Positions 53,306 through 64,000 of a stretch of DNA of 64,000 bases are shown here, in pieces. Origin of the DNA: Octopus vulgaris. Lineage: Eukaryota. The notes beneath the pieces are model-generated. The model saw only the letters and a program-made list of their open reading frames with translations, was not told the DNA's origin and made no database searches. The position numbers were made by a program, and so were the translations under genes. Each line of letters opens with the position of its first letter. The first letter of the stretch is position 1. The stretch is from positions 1 through 64,000 of the forward strand of contig OX597822.1 of NCBI GenBank assembly GCA_951406725.2. The letters run 5' to 3'.

Positions 53306-53432
53306 TATATGTATATATATACATATATATATACATATATGTATATATATACATATATGTATATATATACATATATGTATATATATACACATATATACAT
53401 ATATGTATATATACATATATGTATATATATAC

Positions 53433-53517
<85 letters not shown>

Positions 53518-53974
53518 TATATACATATATATATACATATATATATATACATATATATATACACGTATATATATACATATATATATACATAAAAGAAAAA
53601 TTTGAGGAGGAGCCCCAGCATGGCCGCAGTCTCATGACTGAAGCAAGTAGAAGAGAGAAAGAAAAAGAAAGAGAAAAAAGAAGAGAGGAAGAGAAAAATA
53701 GAAGAAAGAAAAGGAAAATTGAGAGAGAACTATAGAGAAGACAAAAAAGAGAAACGAAACAGAGAAAGAGAGAGAGAAAAAAGGAGAGAAAAGATAAAGA
53801 GAATGAGATTGAGAAAAGAAAACGAGAGAGAAAAGAAACGAGAGGAAGAAAGAGAGAAATGAAAGAGTGAGAGAGAGGAAGAAGGATAAAAAGAAACGAA
53901 CGGAAGAAAGAGAGAAATGAAAGAGTGAGAGAGAGGAGGAAGTTTAAAAAGAAAACGTGAGGGAGAGAGAAGGA

Positions 53975-56366
<2,392 letters not shown>

Positions 56367-56390
56367 GTATATATATATATATATATATAG

Positions 56391-56449
<59 letters not shown>

Positions 56450-56474
56450 GTATATATATATGTATATATATATG

Positions 56475-56510
<36 letters not shown>

Positions 56511-56828
56511 TGTATATGTGTATATATATATGTATATATATATATATATATGTATATGTATATGTATATATATATGTATATGTATATATATATGTATATG
56601 TATATATATATGTATATATATGTATATGTGTATATATATGTATATGTATATATATAGGTATATGTATATGTATATATATATGTATATGTATATATATATG
56701 TATATATATATATGTATATGTATATATATATGTATATATATATGTATATATATATATATATATGTATATGTATATATATATGTATATATATGTATATATA
56801 TATGTATATATATATGTATATATATATG

Positions 56829-56859
<31 letters not shown>

Positions 56860-56874
56860 GTATATATATACATA

Positions 56875-57849
56875 TATGCAGATGATACAAAAGTTTCACA
56901 GGCAATACAGAACCCTGAGGACACTAAACGCCTCCAATGTGAGCTGGGCAAAATATACAAGTGGGCTGAAAAGAATAGCATGCAGTTCAATGCTGAAAAG
57001 TTTCAAGCTTTATACTATCAGCATGCAAAACTGAATGCAATACCCAATGGATACACTGGACCCGGAGGAATACCAATCCCAGAAGCACAATCAGTGCGTG
57101 ACCTGGGTATTTACATGAGTGATGACGCAACCTTTCGTGTACATGTTGCTAAATTGGCAATGAAATGTAGACGACTGGCCGGATGGATTCTCAGAACCTT
57201 TAGAACAAGAGAACAAGAAACCATGATGGTCCTCTGGAGGACACTTGTCCTAAGCCACTTTGACTACTGCTCTCAGTTATGGTCACCATCCAGTGTCAAG
57301 TTGATCACAGAGCTCGAGGCGATCCAGCGTAGCTACACGAAGAAGATAGCCTCTATGCAGAATGTAAGCTACTGGGAAAGACTCAAGAGATTAAAACTAT
57401 ATTCCTTGGAGCGTAGGCGGGAAAGATATGCCATAATATACATCTGGAAGATCCTGGAGGGACGTGTCCCAAACTTTGGCATCGAGAGTTTCACAAATGT
57501 CAGAACTGGGCGCCACTGTGTGGTGCCTAGGACTCCAAATTTGCCATCAAGATGTAGGACAAGATACTGTGATAGCCTGGGCTTCCGAGGCCCACAGCTC
57601 TTCAATATCCTCCCGAAGAACCTGAGAGACCTGCATGGGGTGGACGCAGATGTCTTTAAAATGGAACTGGATATCTTCCTGTCAGGTGTCCCAGATGAAC
57701 CAACTTCACGGCAGGAGGTGCAGATGAGGGCAGCTGCATCGAACTCTCTCATACACCAAATGGCAGTTGGTGAAGTAAAACCAAGTAGCAACACCAAATG
57801 GCGGTGCCCCAGCATGGCCACAGCTCATGAGCTGAAACTAGAATCAATC

Positions 57850-57850
<1 letters not shown>
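56875..57850 (+). mobile_element. 5'-truncated LINE copy starting at YADD
   Basis: (TA)n runs directly into 'tatgcagatgatacaaaagtt'; shared 3' tail. Confidence 0.93.
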
Positions 57851-57947
<97 letters not shown>

Positions 57948-58930
57948 GCGAGAAAGAAGCAACAAGAATGGATAGGTTTTTAGTACAATCGTTTCATACA
58001 AGGACAGGCTTTATTAAAAGTTGCAAAAATTACAGCATATAAACGTGTCCCGTACTCATCAGCTAAAATACATGTGAGTTCTCTAGACATCCTAGTGGTT
58101 GAGGCTATACTCATGAAGTAATGTAGATAATTAAGTAACATAAACAGATTTCCAAAGTTCATTAAAGTTCATTAAAGATGATGTACAGTCTTATCATAGA
58201 ATTTTAAAAAAGTTTTAATAGCATCACAGAGAAGGTGACCTAATCCATAGTGCACATATGAATTTCCAGAGATATGATGAGGGATTACATACTCACAGAA
58301 GACAAATTTATCCATTGTTAATTACAACGAGGTGGGTTTCAATTCCTGCTTATTAGCATTATAGAGAGGGTGAATTAATCCTTTGTATAGATGCACAATT
58401 TCCAATTTCTGAATGGAATTGAAACCCACCTCGTTGTAATTAACAATGGATAAATTTGTCTTCTGTGAGTATGTAATCCCTCATCATATCTCTGGAAATT
58501 CATATGTGCACTATGGATTAGGTCACCTTCTCTGTGATGCTATTAAAACTTTTTTAAAATTCTATGATAAGACTGTACATCATCTTTAATGAACTTTAAT
58601 GAACTTTGGAAATCTGTTTATGTTACTTAATTATCTACATTACTTCATGAGTATAGCCTCAACCACTAGGATGTCTAGAGAACTCACATGTATTTTAGCT
58701 GATGAGTACGGGACACGTTTATATGCTGTAATTTTTGCAACTTTTAATAAAGCCTGTCCTTGTATGAAACGATTGTACTAAAAACCTATCCATTCTTGTT
58801 GCTTCTTTCTCGCTTATAATCACCCCACATTACTGTATTGTTAAATCAGTATAGTTTTCTTTTGGTGCATCTAAGTTAGGTACCATATTCAAGTTAATTC
58901 ATTTAAATTAACTTGAATCTTTATTGCTTT
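57948..58930 (+). mobile_element. Penelope-like terminal-repeat unit with a 399-bp inverted repeat (57948-58346 / 58415-58813)
   Basis: The arms are reverse complements and carry identical 60-aa ORFs in the ORF track. The 3' end 'atccattcttgttgc..tataatcacccca..ggtgcatc..accatattca..gaatct' is homologous to 46358-46490. Confidence 0.88.
58693..58783 (+). ncRNA. Type I hammerhead ribozyme (mirror copy on the minus strand at 57978-58068)
   Basis: ttttag-CTGATGA-gtacgggaca...tgtccttgtat-GAAA-cgattg-TA-ctaaaa. Confidence 0.85.
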
Positions 58931-58978
<48 letters not shown>

Positions 58979-58981
<3 letters not shown>

Positions 58982-59375
58982 CGCAGGAGTGGCTGTGTGG
59001 TAAGTAGCTTGCTAACCAACCACATGGTTCCGGGTTCAGTCCCACTGCGTGGCATCTTGGGCAAGTGTCTTCTGCTATAGCCCCGGGCCAACCAATGCCT
59101 TGTGAGTGGATTTGGTAGACGGAAACTGAAAGAAGCCTGTCGTATACATGTATATATATATATATGTATGTGTATGTGTTTGTGTATCTGTGTTTGTACC
59201 CCTAGCATTGCTTGACAACCGATGCTGGTGTGTTTACGTCCCTGTCACTTAGCGGTTCGGCAAAAAGAGACCGATAGAATAAGTACTGCGCTTACAAAGA
59301 ATAAGTCCCGGGGTCGAGTTGCTCGACTAAAGAGGCGGTGCTCCAGCATGGCCACAGTCAAATGAGTAAAAGAGA
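58979..59375 (+). mobile_element. Full-length tRNA-derived SINE
   Basis: Pol III A box 'tggctgtgtgg', B box 'ggttcagtccc', body, TA/TG linker and LINE-like 3' tail 'ggcggtgctccagcatggccacagtc'. Confidence 0.88.
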
Positions 59376-59376
59376 G

Positions 59377-59411
<35 letters not shown>

Positions 59412-59742
59412 CATCATCATCATCATCATCGTTTAACGTCCGCTTTCCATGCTAGCATGGGTTGGACGGTTCAACTGGGGTCTGGCAAGCCCGAAGGCTG
59501 CACCAAGCCAGTCAGTGTTTCTACAGCTGGATGCCCTTCCTAACGCCAACCACTCCGAGAGTGTAGTGGGTGATTTTATGTGCCACCGACACAGGTGCCA
59601 GACGAGGCTGGCAGACGGCCACGCTCGGATGGTGTTTTTTATGTGTCACCGACACATGTGCCAGACGAGGCTGGCAGACGGCCACGCTCGGATGGTGTTT
59701 TTTATGTGCCACCGACACAGGTGCCAGACGCGGCTGGCAGAC

Positions 59743-59779
<37 letters not shown>

Positions 59780-60030
59780 TACATCTATGTATTCATATAT
59801 AAACACACATATATGTACATATATACATACATGTGTGTGTGTGTGTATAGGGAAAGTTTACGAAAAAAACAAAAGACGAAGACAGGTGGTGTATAAAACA
59901 AACAGATGTATTAGTATAATGTTCGAGAAGTGAAAAAGTCTTTAACATTTCGAGCCTACGCTCTTCTACAGAAAGGGACACAGAAAGAAACAGGGTAAAA
60001 AAATATAGAATGTGTAGTGGCTAACAATCT

Positions 60031-60867
60031 CATCATCATCATCATCAGTTAACGTCCGCTTTCCATGCTAGCATGGGTTGGACGGTTCAACTGGGGTCTG
60101 GGGAGCCCGAAGGCTGCACCAGGCCAGTCAGATCTGGCAGTGTTTCTACAGCTGGATGCCCTTCCTAACGCCAACCACTCCGAGAGTGTAGTGGGTGATT
60201 TTATGTGCCACCGACACAGGTGCCAGACGAGGCTGGCGAACGGCCACGCTCGGATGGTGTTTTTATGTGCCACCGACACAGGTGCCAGACGAAGCTGGCG
60301 AACGGCCATGCTCGGATGGTGTTTTTATGTGCCAGCGACACAGGTGCCAGACAAGGCTAGCAGACGACCACACTCGGATGGTGTTTTTATGTGCCACCGA
60401 CACAGGTGCCAGACGAGGCTGGCGAACGGCCACGCTCGGATGGTGTTTTTATGTGCCACCGACACAGGTGCCAGACAAGGCTAGCAGACAACCACGCTCG
60501 GATGGTGTTTTTTTTTTTCTTTTTTTTATGTGCCACCGACACAGGTGCCAGACGAGGCTGGCGAACGGCCACGCTCGGATGGTGTTTTTATGTGCCACCG
60601 ACACAGGTGCCAGACAAGGCTAGCAGACGATCACGCTCGGATGGTGTTTTTTATGTGCCACCGACACAGGAGCCAGATTAGGCTGGCGATCGGCCACGAT
60701 TGGATGGTGATTGTTACGTGCCCACCGCATGGAGGCCAGTCGGTGCGGTACTGGCTACGGCCACGTTCGGATGGCTTTCTTGTGTGCCACCGGCACTGGT
60801 ACCACAAAGATACAAATTCCATTGATGTTCATCTATTTTGATTTTGTTTGATTTTGTTTGATTTTTG

Positions 60868-60868
<1 letters not shown>
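60031..60868 (-). mobile_element. RTE 3'-UTR copy with an expanded array of about 60-bp units
   Basis: About 8 units of 'tgtgccaccgacacaggtgccagac..ggct..c..ac..ccacgctcggatggtgttttta' plus the RTE tail. Confidence 0.85.
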
Positions 60869-60898
<30 letters not shown>

Positions 60899-60915
60899 GT
60901 ATATATATATAATAT

Positions 60916-61906
60916 AGCTATGCAGATGACACAAAAGTCTCCCACGCAATACAAAACCCTGAAAATATTGCGCATCTGCAACATGAGCTGGACACAATAT
61001 ACAGGTGGGCTGAGGACAACAACATGCAGTTTAATGCAGGTAAGTTCCAGGCCCTGCACTACTGGCACACAAAGGTAAATGACGTGAAGACTGGATACAC
61101 TGGCCCAGGAAGAATTGCAATCCCTGAGTCAAAATCAGTGCGTGACCTGGGCATTGACATGAGCAATGATGCATCTTTCCAAATGCATATTGCTAATCTG
61201 GTGATAAAATGCAGACGGCTAGCTGGATGGTTTCTCCGAACTTTCAGAACAAGAGAGAAGGAGACACTGATGGTCCTATGGAAAACATTTGTCCTCAGCC
61301 GCTTGGACTACTGCTCCCAACTTTGGTCACCACACAATATAAAACAAACAGCAGAACTCGAAGCAACTCAGAGAAGCTACACAAAGAAAATCGTCTCAAT
61401 GCAAAATGTCAGCTACTGGGAAAGACTGAAGGTATTAAACCTCTTCTCCCTGGAGCGGAGGCGGGAGAGATATGCAGTGATATACATCTGGAAAATCCTG
61501 GAGGGTCTTGTCCCAAACTTTGGCATTCAAAGTTACTCCAACCGCAGAACGGGGCACCGCTGCGTGGTGCCAAGGATTCCAACATCACCATCAAAATACA
61601 GGTCCAGATACTGCAACAGCTTGGGTTTCAGAGGACCACAGCTCTTTAACATCCTCCCTAAATGCCTGAGAGACTTACATGGTGTAGATGTGGGTTTCTT
61701 TAAAACTAAACTGGATCTCTTCTTGTTGGGAGTCCCAGATGAACCTACCTCACGACAGGAGACACAGATGCGGGCAGCAGCATCGAACTCCCTTGTTGAT
61801 CAAGTGCCACGTATCAGAGGTGGATTCACAAACTAGTGTAGCTCATTCAGCGGTGGTGCCCCAGCATGGCCGCGGCCTTCGGGCTAAAACATTTTTAAGG
61901 ATTTAA

Positions 61907-61910
<4 letters not shown>
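60916..61910 (+). mobile_element. 5'-truncated LINE of a diverged subfamily, starting at (S)YADD
   Basis: 'agctatgcagatgacacaaaagtc' follows (TA)n. ORF 61024-61836 is homologous to but clearly diverged from the 54066 family; shared 3' motif. Confidence 0.92.
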
Positions 61911-61954
<44 letters not shown>

Positions 61955-61956
<2 letters not shown>

Positions 61957-62378
61957 CACAGGGATGGCTTTGTGGTAAGTAGCTTGCTTATAAACAACAT
62001 GGTTCCGGTTTCAGTCCCACTGAGTGGCACCTTGGGAAAGTGTCTTGTACTATAGCCTCGGGCCGACCAAAGCCTTGTGAGTGGATTTGGTAGACGGAAA
62101 CTGGAAGAAGCTCGTCCTATATATGTATATATATACATATATATATGTGTGTGTGTGCGTGTGTGTGTTTGAGTGTGCATGTTTGTTCTCCACCATCGCT
62201 TGACAACCGATGCTGGTGTGTTTACGCCCCCGTAACTTAGCGGTTCGGCAAAGAGATCGATAGAATAAGTACTAGGCTTACAAATAATAAGTCCTGGTGG
62301 CAATTTTCTCAAATAAATGTGGTGCTCCAGCATGGCCACAGTCAAATGATGGAAACAAGTAAAAGAGTAAAAAAGATA
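61955..62378 (+). mobile_element. tRNA-derived SINE
   Basis: Collinear with 58979-59375. Confidence 0.85.
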
Positions 62379-62399
62379 TATTTACATACACACACACAC

Positions 62400-62471
<72 letters not shown>

Positions 62472-62707
62472 CAGGAAGCTTTATGAAAATAGACAAAAGA
62501 CGAAGGCAGGTTTACGGAAATAAACAAAAGACGAAGGCAGGTGGAATACAAACAAATAATTGTATTAGTATGGCGCTCAGGAATATACACACACACACAC
62601 ATTTTGCTGCCCTATGTGTTTATTTATTGAGTTATTCATCCTATATGCCTGTGCTTGTGTGTGTGTGTATAAATATATTTATATGTAGATATGTATGTGT
62701 GTATACG

Positions 62708-62755
<48 letters not shown>

Positions 62756-62759
62756 GAGA

Positions 62760-63679
62760 GAGGTACAGGTGTGGCTGTGTGTTAAGTAACTTGCTTACCA
62801 ACCACATGGTTCCCGGTTCATTTTCACTGCATGGCACAATGTGCAAGTGTCTTCTGCTATAGCCTCAGGCTGAGCAAACCTTGTGAGTGGATTTGGTAGA
62901 TGGAGATTGAAAGAAGCCCGTCGTATGTATATATATATAAATATGTATATATATATATATATGTGATCCCTGGTCTGGTGGTACGTAAAAAGCACTATCC
63001 GACTAGTGGCCGATGCCAGTGCCGCCTCCACTGGCTTCTGTGCCGGTGACACGTAAAATACACCAATCTGACCGTACGACAGGCACCCATGCCAACCCCC
63101 TTGCTTGCGAAGACATGTTGGGGCAAGCGAAATCGAATCGAACCAGCCAGGTTCCCTGGTCTGGTGGTATGTAAAAAGCACTATCCGACTCGTGGCCGAT
63201 GCCAGTGCCGCCTCCACTGGCTTCCGTGCCGGTGGCACGTAAAATACACCAATCGGACCGTACAACAGGCACCCATGCCAACCCCTTGCTTGCGAAGACA
63301 TGTTGGGGCAAGTGAAATCGAAATCGAAATCGAATTGAACCAGCCAGGATCCCTGGTCTGGTGGTACGTAAAAAGCACCATCCGACTCGTGGCCGATGCC
63401 AGCACCGCCTCGTCTGGCTTCCGTGCCGGTGGCACATAAAATACACCAATCCGACCGTGGCCGTTGCCAGCCTCGCCTGGCACCTGTGCAGGTGGCACGT
63501 AAAAAGCACCCACTACACTCATGGAGTGGTTGGCGTTAGGAAGGGCATCCAGCTGTAGAAACACTGCCAGATAAGACTGGAGCCTGGTGCAGCCTTCTGG
63601 CTTCCCAGATCCCCGGTCGAACCGTCCAACCCATGCTAGCATGGAGAACGGACGTTAAACGACGATGATGATGATGATG

Positions 63680-63712
<33 letters not shown>

Positions 63713-63730
63713 TGTGTGTGTGTGTGTGTG

Positions 63731-63786
<56 letters not shown>

Positions 63787-64000
63787 TGTGTGTGTGTTAT
63801 GTGTGTCTGTGTGTACATGCGTGTGTTTGTGTGTCTGTGTTTGTCCCCCAACATCGCTTGACAACCGATGCTGGTGTGTTTACGTCCCCGTAAACTAGCG
63901 TTTCTGCAAAAGAAACTAATAAAATAAGTACTAGGCTTATTGGGGTCGATTTGCTCGACTAACGACAGTGCCCCAGCATGGCCACAGTCACATGACTGAA
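62760..64000 (+). mobile_element. tRNA-derived SINE whose TA/TG middle carries a nested RTE 3'-UTR copy (62965-63680)
   Basis: SINE head at 62760-62925 and SINE tail at about 63800-64000. Between them is an RTE tail with internal duplicated blocks ending in (gat)n. Confidence 0.8.

Noticed and set aside
57980-58781. Two identical 60-aa ORFs on opposite strands
   Set aside because: A consequence of the inverted repeat; they overlap the hammerhead and show no protein motif.
58979-59055. tRNA gene
   Set aside because: A and B boxes are present but the sequence continues into the SINE body and recurs in several copies; it is a SINE head.
60195-60720. 60-bp repeat array as a CRISPR
   Set aside because: Head-to-tail units inside an RTE 3' UTR, with no spacers.

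Overview
Eukaryotic, AT-rich genomic DNA with many (TA)n microsatellites. The SINE and LINE families suggest a cephalopod, probably Octopus (inference). Host genes: the five 3'-most coding exons of a glutamate-cysteine ligase catalytic subunit (GCLC) gene on the minus strand (13109 down to 9403), and three exons of an ankyrin-repeat gene on the plus strand (47891-52447). Most of the rest is mobile DNA, much of it inside long (TA)n tracts. It includes several young CR1/L2-group APE-RT LINEs, two with intact ORF2 and CCCH-finger ORF1s; one of these ORF1s also has a Myb/SANT-like N-terminus. Also present are RTE, R4/Dong-like and Hero-like LINE remnants, tRNA-derived SINEs sharing their 3' end with the CR1/L2-group LINEs, Penelope-like elements with a GIY-YIG ORF and type I hammerhead ribozymes (two arranged as long inverted repeats), a Tc1 fossil, an LTR-element fossil and foldback MITEs. 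Most notable: three separate LINE copies are 5'-truncated at the RT catalytic (Y/F)ADD codons, four hammerhead ribozymes share an enlarged stem II, and one LINE copy is fused to a duplicate of nearby intron sequence. All calls come from reading the sequence; no database searches were run.
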